Assembly (NCBI GenBank): GCA_049889695.1
Contig: JBMHCX010000016.1
Span: 32,810-96,809 of the forward strand
Source: Flavobacteriaceae bacterium
GTDB taxonomy: Bacteria; Bacteroidota; Bacteroidia; Flavobacteriales; Flavobacteriaceae
Length of the DNA stretch: 64,000 bases
Direction of reading: 5' to 3'
The notes under the pieces are model-generated. The model was not told the origin of the DNA. It was given only the letters and a program-made list of their open reading frames with translations, and searched no databases. Positions 29,862-39,910 of this stretch are shown one piece after another (the stretch's first letter is position 1; every line of letters begins with the position of its first letter). The position numbers and the translations under genes were made by a program.

Positions 29862-32060
29862 ATGCGGTTCAGCCTTCTGATCTTTTGCCTTTTTTTAACT
29901 CCTTTCCTGCGTGGACAAAATATTCCCGATTCCCTAAAAATTGGCTTAGTACTCAGCGGTGGCGGTGCTAAAGGTCTAGCTCATATAGGCGTACTAAAGG
30001 CGTTGGAAGAAGCTAAGATTAACATCGACTATATCGCAGGGAGCAGCATGGGTGCGATAATCGGAGGGCTTTATGCAACGGGTTATTCCGCCGATCAGTT
30101 AGACTCTCTTTTTCAGCAAACAGATTTTTCTGAAATATTCAATGATTCCTTCGGCCGACAGCAATTAGATTTTGACGAGAAACGCAAGCGAGATCGCTAT
30201 GCCATTCGTTTAAACTTCCATGGGAATAAATGGCATCCGCCACCGGCTCTAGCCAGTGGCAGAGCTTTTTATCATTTATTGCAAAAGTGGCTACACGGCT
30301 ATACGAATCATCGTTCTTTTGACACCTTACACATTCCATTCGTATGTACCGCAACCGACTTAGAGACCGGCGAAGTACTCTATCTTGAAGCAGGAGATTT
30401 AGCAATGGCAATCCATGCATCTGCTGCACTACCCACCTTATTCGAGCCAGTTGCTTACCACGGAAAGTGGCTGATGGACGGGGGGATAACCGATAACTAT
30501 CCGATCGATATTTTAAAAGAGAAAGGGGTGGATTATATCATTGGGGTAGATGTTCAGGAAGACCTAGTCAGCAGAGATGAGCTACAAACAGCTCCTCAAA
30601 TATTACTGCAAATTGCCAATTTTGGAGAAGTAGCCACACGCCCCCAAAAAGTAAATCAAACAGATTGTTACATCAAACTCCCGTTAGAAGAATACGGGAT
30701 TTTGTCTTTCGCCCAAGGGAGGGCTATCATAGCAGAAGGCTATCACTCTGGGAAGAACGCTTTTACAGAAAGTAATTGGCGCTCCGAAAATTATATTCCG
30801 CAACACCGCCCAAATGTTTCGGATAGCGTAAGCATCGACAAAATTCATATGGAGGGCTTGCATAAGCGAAGTGAAAAAAGAGCTCTCGCAAAATTGCGAT
30901 TGCCCACTCCCGGTCAATTTCGTTTGGAAGAAATGCAACAAGCCATCGATCGACTGAGTGCCACTAAGCTTTTCCGTAATGCGCAGTATCGCTGGCATTC
31001 ACAAAATTCTAATGACTTAATCATTACCCTGATTGAATGGGATAAGCCTGCGGAGTTAAAAGCCGGGCTTCATTATGACCAACTGTTTGCCAGTGCTGCT
31101 TTGGTGAATATAGACTATGCACAAGTGCTACTGCCCTACGATAATTTTTCTTTTGACCTCATCCTAGGAGACCAACCCCGCTTCGATTTGCGTTATTCCT
31201 TTCACAGAGGCTACAAATGGGCGATCGATTTATATTCCTCTTTTTATCGATTTGAAACACGAGTAGACCATTGGCGTAGGTTTTTTCCAGCATTTAGCCA
31301 GCAACTGCCATCAGGAGCCTTTGATCTTCGATTTTCAGATTGGACAAACGGAATTCGTTCACAGCGAGTTTTAGGGGAGTGGATGCAATTTTGTGTTGGA
31401 TTTGCACACAAGAGAATTCGTTACAGTACCCCTTCAGGAACTCCCTTAGATAGGGATGCTCTGCAATTAGCCCTTCAGGAATATTGGACTTCTTTCGTTG
31501 AGTTAACCATCGATAAACGGGATCATGCCTATTTCCCGACCAAAGGAATCTTATTTAAGTCACAAATGAACCACTACTTGAGTCAAAACGACGGAGCGCC
31601 GGAGTATTTGGCGACGACCAAAGGACTGATTCAATCAAACTCGGCACTGTCCAAGAATCTTGCACTTCAAATAGAAGGAGCTGCCGGATGGAGTTATGGG
31701 CATACAGAAAAATTGGGGTTTCCCTTTATCGCAGGAGGCTATGGAAATGTCTTTGTCAACAATAGTTTCTCCTTTTTGGGCTACAGCCCATGGGAGCTTA
31801 GCGGAGATAGTTTTCTAAAATTTTTTGGTCAGTTAGACTTCAAATTTGCGAAAAAACACCATTTAAATTTAAGTTATACTAGAGCGTATATAGAAGATGA
31901 TGTTTTTGAAGCAATTGCGGAGAATACCGCTCAACGACATCAAAGTTGGGCTTTTGGATATGGCTTTGACAGTATTTTGGGGCCTTGTGAGATCAAACTA
32001 GCCCAATCGAATCAAACATCCGAAATCAAAGTTCATTTGGTATTGGGCTACCGCTTTTAA
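29862..32060 (+). CDS. Patatin-like phospholipase fused to an Omp85/surface-antigen-like C-terminal beta-barrel
   Basis: GLVLSGGGAKGLAHIGV oxyanion motif, GSSMGA (GxSxG), the DGG catalytic Asp motif, and a long C-terminal beta-rich region ending GYRF. Confidence 0.85.
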   Translation: MRFSLLIFCLFLTPFLRGQNIPDSLKIGLVLSGGGAKGLAHIGVLKALEEAKINIDYIAGSSMGAIIGGLYATGYSADQLDSLFQQTDFSEIFNDSFGRQQLDFDEKRKRDRYAIRLNFHGNKWHPPPALASGRAFYHLLQKWLHGYTNHRSFDTLHIPFVCTATDLETGEVLYLEAGDLAMAIHASAALPTLFEPVAYHGKWLMDGGITDNYPIDILKEKGVDYIIGVDVQEDLVSRDELQTAPQILLQIANFGEVATRPQKVNQTDCYIKLPLEEYGILSFAQGRAIIAEGYHSGKNAFTESNWRSENYIPQHRPNVSDSVSIDKIHMEGLHKRSEKRALAKLRLPTPGQFRLEEMQQAIDRLSATKLFRNAQYRWHSQNSNDLIITLIEWDKPAELKAGLHYDQLFASAALVNIDYAQVLLPYDNFSFDLILGDQPRFDLRYSFHRGYKWAIDLYSSFYRFETRVDHWRRFFPAFSQQLPSGAFDLRFSDWTNGIRSQRVLGEWMQFCVGFAHKRIRYSTPSGTPLDRDALQLALQEYWTSFVELTIDKRDHAYFPTKGILFKSQMNHYLSQNDGAPEYLATTKGLIQSNSALSKNLALQIEGAAGWSYGHTEKLGFPFIAGGYGNVFVNNSFSFLGYSPWELSGDSFLKFFGQLDFKFAKKHHLNLSYTRAYIEDDVFEAIAENTAQRHQSWAFGYGFDSILGPCEIKLAQSNQTSEIKVHLVLGYRF

Positions 32061-32093
32061 CAGGATCTTGCTTTTTAAGCCTAGATTAAATTG

Positions 32094-32101
32094 TATTTTT
32101 G
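32094..32101 (+). promoter_or_regulatory. TAttTTTG motif just upstream of the DUF3108-like gene
   Basis: TATTTTTG ends 3 nt before ATG 32105. Confidence 0.3.
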
Positions 32102-32104
32102 CAC

Positions 32105-32902
32105 ATGCTCAAAAGAAGTGTCATTGCTGTACTGTTTTGGACAAGCCTGCATTTTAATGGATTTGCTCAATCAACAGTAGCTGCGCCAGAACTTCCCTTT
32201 CAGGTAGGCGAGTGGTTCGAATTTAGAATTCATTACGGCTGGTTTAATGCCAGTTATGCCACCTTAAAACTGTCCTCCGATACGCTTAACAATCAGCCTG
32301 TTTTACATGCCAAAGGGATCGGTAAAACAACGGGACTAGCTCGTTTGTTTTTTCGTGTGGATGATTATTACGATACTTTTTTCGACCCTACTTCAATATT
32401 ACCGCAGAAGTTTTTGCGCGATATAGACGAAGGGGGTTACACCAAAAACACCGAAATCTATTTCGATCATGAGCAGCTAAATGCACATGTCGTCGACAAC
32501 AAGCACAAGACCCAAGAAAATTTTGAAATTCGTCCGCTCACCCAAGATTTAATTTCCGCCTTTTACTTTCTCAGAACCTTCTATCCTAAACAGGGGTTGG
32601 CCAAGGGAGAAAGTTATACTCTAGACATGTTTTTCGATAAAGAGAATTATGTTTTTAAGTTGAAGTTCTTGGGGAAAGAATTTTTGCGGACAAAATTTGG
32701 AAAAGTATCTTGTCTAAAATTTAGACCTTTGGTCCAAGCAGGAAGAGTCTTTCGAGAAGAAGAAAGTGTTACTTTATGGGTTTCAGACGACGATAATCGA
32801 ATCCCGATTCGTTTACAAGCAGATCTAGCTGTGGGATCTATAAAAGCAGATTTAAATAATTTTTCAGGACTAAAATATCCCTTTGAGTTACAAGTTGAAT
32901 AA
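32105..32902 (+). CDS. DUF3108-like secreted protein (hypothetical)
   Basis: Signal peptide MLKRSVIAVLFWTSLHFNGFAQ. The beta-rich sequence has the GEWFEFRIHYGW start typical of DUF3108. The family assignment is from memory only. Confidence 0.55.
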   Translation: MLKRSVIAVLFWTSLHFNGFAQSTVAAPELPFQVGEWFEFRIHYGWFNASYATLKLSSDTLNNQPVLHAKGIGKTTGLARLFFRVDDYYDTFFDPTSILPQKFLRDIDEGGYTKNTEIYFDHEQLNAHVVDNKHKTQENFEIRPLTQDLISAFYFLRTFYPKQGLAKGESYTLDMFFDKENYVFKLKFLGKEFLRTKFGKVSCLKFRPLVQAGRVFREEESVTLWVSDDDNRIPIRLQADLAVGSIKADLNNFSGLKYPFELQVE

Positions 32903-32921
32903 CCCCAATCGAACCTTTGAT

Positions 32922-34220
32922 ATGAGAGTCATTATCGGTCTAATAGTAGGTTTTATCTTTTTACAGGCATGTCAGCAGTCTACTGCCGAGCCTGCCGAAA
33001 CCGAACCACAACAGCAGCCTATCCCTGAACCGAATATCCGTTTTGGTTTGGATCTGAACTTGTACGAAGCTCAGGAAAAGAAAATCGGTAGAGGCGATAC
33101 TTTTGGAGATATTTTAGAGGCCCATGGAATCGACTATCCGGAAGTTCATCAGATTGTCCAGAAGGTTAAAAAAAAGGTCAACTTAAGACGGCTTCAACGA
33201 GGGAAGCCCTACACCATGCTCTACAACCCCTCCGATAGTTTGGCAGTACCGGAGTTTTTTGTTTATCACCCCAATGTGATGCAATACAGCATTATTCATC
33301 TACGCGATAGTATTTATGGGGAAACAGTTGTTAAACCTATCGAAATCCGAGAAAAAGAGGCTTCAGGAGTTATTCAGAATTCCCTTTATGAGACCATGTT
33401 AGATAATAACTTAGACGATGACTTAAGTTTTTACATGGCCGATATTTATGCTTGGACGATCGATTTTTTTCGATTGCACAAAGGCGATAAATTTAAAGTG
33501 ATTTATGAAGAAAAGTATGTAGACGACACGCTAGCTGTGGGTATTTCAAAAATCAAAGCAGCCTATTTTGAACACCGAGGTAAGGGGCAGTATGCCTTTG
33601 AATTCCAAACCGATAGTTTAAAAGGGATAGTCGACTATTTCGACGATAGTGCAAAAAATCTACGCCGTGCTTTTTTGCGTGCGCCTGTGGCTTTTAGCCG
33701 TATTTCTTCTCGATATAACCTCAAGCGTAGAATCGCTTATTACGGCAACAAAATACGGCCACATCGAGGAACTGATTTTGCCGCTGCTGTAGGAACGCCC
33801 ATCATGTCTACTGCGAATGGAACTGTTGTAAAATCAAGCTATACCCGTGGCAATGGAAATTATGTTACGGTGCGCCACAATAATATTTACAGTACGCAAT
33901 ACCTGCACATGAAGCGCAGAAAAGTAAAAGTTGGCGACTATGTGAAACAAGGCGACATAATCGGATGGGTTGGGATGACAGGAAATACGTCAGGACCGCA
34001 CGTCTGTTATCGCTTTTGGAAATACGGACGACAAGTAGATCCCTTTAAACAAAAGCTCCCGGAGGCCAAACCTATAGCGGCAGCTTTGCGTAAACGCTAT
34101 TTTGAAGTTACAGAAGATTTAAAACAACAACTGGATTGCATTAGCTATCCGGACGATAAGCTTAAATATACCAAACAAGAAGATAAACCGAAACAAAACA
34201 ATGCCACTACCAACACATAA
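32922..34220 (+). CDS. M23-family peptidoglycan metalloendopeptidase (lipoprotein)
   Basis: Lipobox FLQAC. HRGTDFAA (HxxxD) and GPHVCYRFW (HxH-type) zinc motifs. The start is moved to ATG 32922, after the upstream stop. Confidence 0.85.
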   Translation: MRVIIGLIVGFIFLQACQQSTAEPAETEPQQQPIPEPNIRFGLDLNLYEAQEKKIGRGDTFGDILEAHGIDYPEVHQIVQKVKKKVNLRRLQRGKPYTMLYNPSDSLAVPEFFVYHPNVMQYSIIHLRDSIYGETVVKPIEIREKEASGVIQNSLYETMLDNNLDDDLSFYMADIYAWTIDFFRLHKGDKFKVIYEEKYVDDTLAVGISKIKAAYFEHRGKGQYAFEFQTDSLKGIVDYFDDSAKNLRRAFLRAPVAFSRISSRYNLKRRIAYYGNKIRPHRGTDFAAAVGTPIMSTANGTVVKSSYTRGNGNYVTVRHNNIYSTQYLHMKRRKVKVGDYVKQGDIIGWVGMTGNTSGPHVCYRFWKYGRQVDPFKQKLPEAKPIAAALRKRYFEVTEDLKQQLDCISYPDDKLKYTKQEDKPKQNNATTNT

Positions 34221-35838
34221 ACCCACAGACCTACAGGCTTGGAAAGCACTAGCAGACCACTACAATGCCAATAAAAATATTGATATACAATCTTGTTTTG
34301 AAGACGACCCCGATCGTTTAGAAAAGCTGCATATCAACTGGAACGATTTTTATGTCGACTTTTCAAAAAATCGGTGGACGTCCGAAACTAAGGCGCTTTT
34401 GATGGATTTGGCAGAAGCGGTTGAACTTCCACAAGCAATTCAGAGTTATTTTTCAGGAGAGAAAATTAACCAAACAGAGGGCCGAGCGGTTCTCCATACA
34501 GCTTTGCGAACGGTCGATAAGCAAGCAGTTCTTGTCGACGGAGAAGATGTATTGCCAGAAGTGCAACAAACATTGGATAAGATGATCTCTTTTTCAAATG
34601 ATGTGATTTCTGGAAACTGGAAAGGTCATACGGGAAAAGCAATTACCGATATTGTGAATATAGGAATTGGCGGCTCCGATTTAGGGCCAGCGATGATGGT
34701 AGAGGCTTTGGGGTATTACCGCAATCACTTGCGGGTGCATTTCATGTCGAATGTAGAGGGCGACCACGTACGGGAGGTCCTTCGACCACTCGATCCTGAA
34801 ACGACTCTTTTTGTGATTGTTTCCAAGTCGTTTACGACGCAAGAAACGTTGGCCAATGCGCAGACTTCACGCAAATGGTTTCTCGAGCAAATTAGCGATG
34901 AGGCTGCGATAGCAAAACACTTTGTAGCTGTGTCTACAAATCTAGAGCAAATCGCCGCTTTTGGAATAGCAGCAGACAATGTTTTCCCGATGAACGACTG
35001 GGTAGGAGGGCGTTTTTCTCTTTGGAGTGCTGTGGGTCTTTCTATCTGTTTAGCCGTAGGAGGGAAACATTTTAGTGCCCTTTTGGAAGGGGCTGGGGAA
35101 GCAGATCAGCATTTTAAGGAGCGTCCATTAGCGTCTAATATTCCTGTTTGTATGGCTCTCTTAAGCCTTTGGTATAACAATTTTTGGGGAGCTGAAACCC
35201 ATGCGATCATTCCCTATACTCAATATTTAAGAAGCCTTCCGGCTTATTTGCAACAAGGGATCATGGAAAGTAACGGAAAGGGGGTAGATCGCAATGGGGA
35301 GCCAGTCCACTATCAGACCGGTAACATCATCTGGGGAGCTTCTGGAACCAATGCGCAACATGCCTTTTTCCAACTCATGCACCAAGGAACAAAACTAATT
35401 CCAGCAGACTTTATTGGGTTTAAAAAATCGCTTTACAATGAAACCGAACATCAGGAAAAACTGATGGCTAATTTTATTGCTCAGACTCAAGCCCTAATGG
35501 TAGGGAAAACCCGCCAAGCGGTCAACGCGGAATTGAATGCACAAGGGAAATCTGTCAGTGAAATCGATGCCTTAGCTCCTTTTAAAGTGTTTGAAGGGAA
35601 TCGTCCTACCACGACCATCCTTATTGAAGCACTTACCCCAAAAAGTATTGGAAGTCTTGTCGCCTTTTATGAGCACAAGATCTTTGTGGAGGGGATTTTA
35701 TGGAATATTTTTAGTTACGATCAATGGGGGGTAGAGCTTGGAAAACAATTGGCCAACAATATCTTAAAAGCAGATCCAGAAGAACGAAAGCGTTTAGATC
35801 CCTCAACGGCGGCTTTGTTACAAAAGACAACAGCATAG
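34201..35838 (+). CDS. pgi: Glucose-6-phosphate isomerase
   Basis: IGIGGSDLGP, SKSFTTQET, VGGRFSLWSAVG and ESNGK motifs. Confidence 0.95.
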   Translation: MPLPTHKPTDLQAWKALADHYNANKNIDIQSCFEDDPDRLEKLHINWNDFYVDFSKNRWTSETKALLMDLAEAVELPQAIQSYFSGEKINQTEGRAVLHTALRTVDKQAVLVDGEDVLPEVQQTLDKMISFSNDVISGNWKGHTGKAITDIVNIGIGGSDLGPAMMVEALGYYRNHLRVHFMSNVEGDHVREVLRPLDPETTLFVIVSKSFTTQETLANAQTSRKWFLEQISDEAAIAKHFVAVSTNLEQIAAFGIAADNVFPMNDWVGGRFSLWSAVGLSICLAVGGKHFSALLEGAGEADQHFKERPLASNIPVCMALLSLWYNNFWGAETHAIIPYTQYLRSLPAYLQQGIMESNGKGVDRNGEPVHYQTGNIIWGASGTNAQHAFFQLMHQGTKLIPADFIGFKKSLYNETEHQEKLMANFIAQTQALMVGKTRQAVNAELNAQGKSVSEIDALAPFKVFEGNRPTTTILIEALTPKSIGSLVAFYEHKIFVEGILWNIFSYDQWGVELGKQLANNILKADPEERKRLDPSTAALLQKTTA

Positions 35839-35889
35839 TTCCTCTTGGGGGAGCTGATTAAAGGAACACTCAGCCAAAAGAAAGTGTCA

Positions 35890-35916
35890 GCCCCATCTGT
35901 TTAGGTGGGGCTTTTT
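35890..35916 (+). terminator. Intrinsic terminator after pgi, overlapping the last codons of the convergent recJ
   Basis: GCCCCA (35890-35895) pairs with TGGGGC (35906-35911), followed by T5. Confidence 0.6.
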
Positions 35917-37601
35917 GTTGGACGGATGTCCTTCACTTGAAGTTCTAAACGGACCCGGTCGTTAAAATTGTTTTCTTCTAAACAGTAGAGGATATCAAAA
36001 GGATTGTTAGCTAGTTCCTCCCAAGCTTTGGCAAGACCAAAGCCAATTCCTGAAAATCGATTGCCCTTACTGTCGTTGATATCCAATTTCAGATGAGATT
36101 TGTCTTTTCCGACCACACGAGTGAAGCCAGCATTAACACAGTTTTTAGTACAAAATACAGGGCGCATATTCCCAGGGCCAAAAGGGCGCATTTGTTCAAT
36201 GATTCGAAAAACTTTTGGACTGATCTGATCGAAGTCAACTTCTACATCGTATATCCATTGAGCTTGTTGTTGTTCGGGAAGAATTTGTGCTTGTACAGTC
36301 TTTTCAAAAGCCTGTTTAAAGGCCACATAGTTGGAAGGGTCCAAGCTGAGCCCTGCGGCATATTTATGTCCTCCAAATTGAGTTAAATGGTCCGAGCAAG
36401 CATCCAATACCTGATAGACATCAAACCCCTTCACAGATCTAACAGACCCGACAATTTGATCGCCCGATTGGCAGCAAACAATTGTTGGTCTATAGTAGGT
36501 TTCCGTGAGTCGAGAAGCTACAATTCCAATCACTCCTTTGTGCCAATTTTTTTGGAAAACGACACTGGTTGCAGCAGCTTTTTCTTCGTTTGTGTCAATT
36601 TGTTGTAGCGCTTCTTCGGTAATGGTTTTTTCTATAGCGCGGCGATCTTCGTTAAATTGTTCTATGGAAGTCGCAATTTTCTGTGTTTTCTCCGACTGAT
36701 GGCTGGTCAGGAGTTCAACAGCCATTTTCGCGTGCTTCATACGTCCTGCCGCATTAATCCGGGGGGCTACACCAAAGACAATATCGCTAATCCGGTAGGG
36801 ACTTTTTCGTTCTCCTAGGAGGGCTTTAAGTCCTGGCCGAGCATTTTTTTGAAAGTGTTGGAGGCCCAAAGCGGCCAATGTTCTGTTTTCCCCTGTCATG
36901 GGGACTATATCTGCCGCAGTAGCAGTGACTACTAAATCCAACAAAGGGGCGATTTCTTCCCATTTGCCGTTATTCTTGCTGTGGAAAGCCTGAACGAGTT
37001 TAAACCCTATACCACAGCCACAGAGTTCTTTATAAGGGTAGTTACAATGCGGTTGTTTGGGGTTGAGGATGGCTGTTGCTGCGGGAAGCTCAGAACCGGG
37101 TTTATGGTGATCGCCAATGATAAAATCTATATTCTTTGTTTTGGCATAAGCCACCCGATCTACTGCTTTAATGCCGCAATCCAACGCGACGATTAAGCTA
37201 ATTCCTTTGCTAGAGGCATAGTCAATCCCTTGGATTGATACCCCATAGCCCTCTGTATACCGATCGGGGATATAGGTTTCCAAGGAGAAATTACAGTGTG
37301 AAAAATAGGTATATACCAAAGAGACAGCACTTGTTCCATCGACGTCATAATCGCCATAAATCATGACTTTTTCGCCGGCTTTCAAGGCTTGTTCTAGCCG
37401 TCGCACTGCCGCCTCCATTCCGGCCATTAGGAATGGATCGTGAAGTTGCTCGGGATGGGGTCTAAAGTAGGCTTTAGCTGCATCAAAAGAAAAGATACTT
37501 CGCTGGGTTAGTAATTGAGCATTTAACCGAGGAATTTTTAAAGCCTGCTCAAGAGACTCGACAGTCTCTACGGGGGGGAGTGGTTTCTGTAACCAGTTCA
37601 T
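35901..37601 (-). CDS. recJ: Single-stranded-DNA-specific exonuclease RecJ
   Basis: DHH motifs (IYGDYDVDGT, DCG, IGDHH) and DHHA1 (GGHKYAAG). The ATG at 37601 overlaps the rsmI stop by 1 nt (TGATG). The ORF track begins one codon earlier, at a TTG. Confidence 0.93.
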   Translation of the reverse strand: MNWLQKPLPPVETVESLEQALKIPRLNAQLLTQRSIFSFDAAKAYFRPHPEQLHDPFLMAGMEAAVRRLEQALKAGEKVMIYGDYDVDGTSAVSLVYTYFSHCNFSLETYIPDRYTEGYGVSIQGIDYASSKGISLIVALDCGIKAVDRVAYAKTKNIDFIIGDHHKPGSELPAATAILNPKQPHCNYPYKELCGCGIGFKLVQAFHSKNNGKWEEIAPLLDLVVTATAADIVPMTGENRTLAALGLQHFQKNARPGLKALLGERKSPYRISDIVFGVAPRINAAGRMKHAKMAVELLTSHQSEKTQKIATSIEQFNEDRRAIEKTITEEALQQIDTNEEKAAATSVVFQKNWHKGVIGIVASRLTETYYRPTIVCCQSGDQIVGSVRSVKGFDVYQVLDACSDHLTQFGGHKYAAGLSLDPSNYVAFKQAFEKTVQAQILPEQQQAQWIYDVEVDFDQISPKVFRIIEQMRPFGPGNMRPVFCTKNCVNAGFTRVVGKDKSHLKLDINDSKGNRFSGIGFGLAKAWEELANNPFDILYCLEENNFNDRVRLELQVKDIRPTKSPT

Positions 37602-38278
37602 CAATTATCTTTTGCTCCTTGGACGACAAGTACAAATTCCCCTTTGGGAGGATGTTTTTCGAAGTATTGGATGGCCTCCGCTAAAGTTCCTCTAAAGGTA
37701 GTTTCAAATTTTTTAGTCAATTCACGACTGACCACAAGCGGTCTGTTTACCCCAAAAAACGGCACCATTTGGTGTAGTGTTTTCTGTAGTTTGTGCGGAG
37801 ATTCGTATAAGATTAAAGTTCGTGTCTCCAATGCTAACGACTCTATTTTGGTTTGCCGACCTTTTTTGGGAGGTAGAAACCCTTCAAACACAAACCGATC
37901 GGAAGGTAAACCACTTTGTACGATGGCAGGAATGCAAGCGGTTGCTCCCGGCAAGCAAAGGACCTCTACTCCTGCGCCTAAGGCTTCTCGTACCAACAAA
38001 AAGCCAGGGTCTGAAATTCCAGGTGTTCCCGCATCGGAGATCAGTGCCATGGTTTTCCCCTGTTTTAATTGAGCAATCAAGGATTGAGTCTTGCGATGCT
38101 CGTTGTGCATATGATAGCTTTGAGTAGGGGTTTCTATCTGGTAGTGTTGTAGAAGTTTCGCACTTGTACGGGTGTCTTCGGCTAAGATAAGATCAACAGT
38201 ATGGAGGATTTCAACTCCTCGGTAGGTCATGTCGCCTAAATTGCCAATGGGGGTCGGGACTAAATATAGATGACTCAT
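37601..38278 (-). CDS. rsmI: 16S rRNA (cytidine1402-2'-O)-methyltransferase
   Basis: LYLVPTPIGNLGDMT, AEDTR and SDAGTPGISDPG motifs of the tetrapyrrole-methylase-fold RsmI. Confidence 0.92.
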   Translation of the reverse strand: MSHLYLVPTPIGNLGDMTYRGVEILHTVDLILAEDTRTSAKLLQHYQIETPTQSYHMHNEHRKTQSLIAQLKQGKTMALISDAGTPGISDPGFLLVREALGAGVEVLCLPGATACIPAIVQSGLPSDRFVFEGFLPPKKGRQTKIESLALETRTLILYESPHKLQKTLHQMVPFFGVNRPLVVSRELTKKFETTFRGTLAEAIQYFEKHPPKGEFVLVVQGAKDN

Positions 38279-38324
38279 GGAGGAAAAGAATCTTAATGAA
38301 TAGGTTGAAGGGATATTCGTTGGG

Positions 38325-38332
38325 CAAAAATA
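38325..38332 (-). promoter_or_regulatory. Candidate -7 box TAttTTTG for rsmI-recJ
   Basis: The minus strand reads TATTTTTG about 46 nt upstream of ATG 38278. Confidence 0.4.
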
Positions 38333-38535
38333 CCAATTATGGGCTGTCGGACCATCGTGCCAGAAGCCTTTGAGGCTTGGGTGTTGTTGATCGATAACCC
38401 AAGACTTGTCCCATGCGTTTTATTGGGTGAAGGTAGAGTCCATCGAAGACTCTTCTTTTTAAACCGTTCTAAACAGCTGAAACTTCCGGTTGAAATCCAG
38501 TGCGATAGCTGCATACTTTTCATAACATCAATGGT

Positions 38536-39186
38536 TTAAGGAGTGAAGTTTTTTTTCAAATGCTCAATAAACCGTTGTTCGATATCTTTTTTATCGGCCC
38601 AGTGGGGGTATTCAGGTCGAATAAATTCGTTTAAATAGTTTTCTACGGACGTCCAATTGTCCATGGTGCTTATTTGGGAAATCACCCGATTGAAATCGCT
38701 GGTATTTCCTTGAAACAGCTGATTGATAAAGGCTAAACGATCGTTTAGCCCAACCCCTGTTTTTTTGTGATAGCTATCGTTTAAGTTAGGTGGCGCTTTT
38801 GTATCTGACGCGATGGTTTGGGTGGGAGATTCTTTCTTGACAAAAACGGGTTCTGGGGAAACTCCTTCAAACAAGGATTTCATGGGAGGATTTTCTTCAG
38901 GCATTTCCGGGATCATATTTTTGATCGTTTCAATCAGCGGAGCTACCTCATGTGGTTCTTCTGTCTGGGGGGCGGGTTGGTCTTGAAGATTTAGCGTGTC
39001 AGAAATTTGTTGGAGGTGTTTCAGCCAATTATCTCCTCCCTGATTTTGTTCACTCATAAATTCATAGACGACCGCTAGTTTGTGCAACTCCTCAATGTTG
39101 TGTAAGACGGACTTTAAGTCCAAATCATCTGCATTGTCGACTATCGATTGAGCAAGTTGAACTAATTTTTGTTGAAGATTAATCAT
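38536..39186 (-). CDS. Hypothetical protein (helical N-terminus, Pro/Glu-rich linker, conserved-looking C-terminal domain)
   Basis: Clean 216-aa ORF with no overlapping alternative and no recognisable catalytic motif. Confidence 0.55.
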   Translation of the reverse strand: MINLQQKLVQLAQSIVDNADDLDLKSVLHNIEELHKLAVVYEFMSEQNQGGDNWLKHLQQISDTLNLQDQPAPQTEEPHEVAPLIETIKNMIPEMPEENPPMKSLFEGVSPEPVFVKKESPTQTIASDTKAPPNLNDSYHKKTGVGLNDRLAFINQLFQGNTSDFNRVISQISTMDNWTSVENYLNEFIRPEYPHWADKKDIEQRFIEHLKKNFTP

Positions 39187-39221
39187 GTGGGCCTGAATTC
39201 TACTATAGCAACTGAAATTTA

Positions 39222-39229
39222 TACCTTTG
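39222..39229 (+). promoter_or_regulatory. Candidate -7 box TAccTTTG for tdk-alr
   Basis: TACCTTTG lies 46 nt upstream of ATG 39276. Confidence 0.4.
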
Positions 39230-39275
39230 TTTAGATACCCTAGGATGAAAGGTTTATAATTTAGAAATTTACGAA

Positions 39276-39896
39276 ATGTTTTTAGAAAATACGACTAACC
39301 CAGATGAACAATTCGGCTGGATCGAAGTCATTTGCGGTTCGATGTTTTCTGGGAAGACAGAAGAGCTTATCCGGCGACTCAAGCGTGCTCAAATCGCAAA
39401 ACAACGCATCGAAATTTTTAAGCCTTCGATCGATACGCGTTACGATGAGCATTTAGTGACATCACACGATGCCAATCAAATTCGTTCCACTCCAGTACCT
39501 GCCGCAGCAAATATTCCTATTCTGGCAACCGACTGTGATGTAGTCGGAATCGATGAAGCTCAATTTTTTGATTCAGAAATCATCACAGTTTGTAATGATT
39601 TGGCGAATCGTGGCGTTCGCGTAATCGTCGCTGGATTAGATATGGATTTTAAAGGGAATCCGTTTGGCCCAATGCCCGGACTTTTAGCGACCGCAGAATA
39701 TGTGACTAAAGTCCATGCTGTTTGTACTCGTACGGGAAATCTGGCCCAATACAGCTTTCGAAAAACACAAGATGCAGACTTGGTCGTTTTGGGAGAGCAA
39801 GAATCGTATGAACCTTTAAGTCGAAAGGCATTTTTTCAGGCAATGCAACAGCAGCAAGACCATAAAGACTCTTTTAAAGAAAATCAATCGGATTAA
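39276..39896 (+). CDS. tdk: Thymidine kinase
   Basis: P-loop GSMFSGKTEELIRR, GIDEAQFF and C-terminal zinc-ribbon-like AVCTRTG. Confidence 0.93.
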   Translation: MFLENTTNPDEQFGWIEVICGSMFSGKTEELIRRLKRAQIAKQRIEIFKPSIDTRYDEHLVTSHDANQIRSTPVPAAANIPILATDCDVVGIDEAQFFDSEIITVCNDLANRGVRVIVAGLDMDFKGNPFGPMPGLLATAEYVTKVHAVCTRTGNLAQYSFRKTQDADLVVLGEQESYEPLSRKAFFQAMQQQQDHKDSFKENQSD

Positions 39897-39910
39897 ATTG
39901 ATAGTATATT

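Noticed and set aside
37644-38127. Two plus-strand ORFs of 142 and 116 aa are antisense to rsmI.
   Set aside because: They are embedded in a well-supported gene, and the translations are Ser/Pro/Arg-rich shadow frames.
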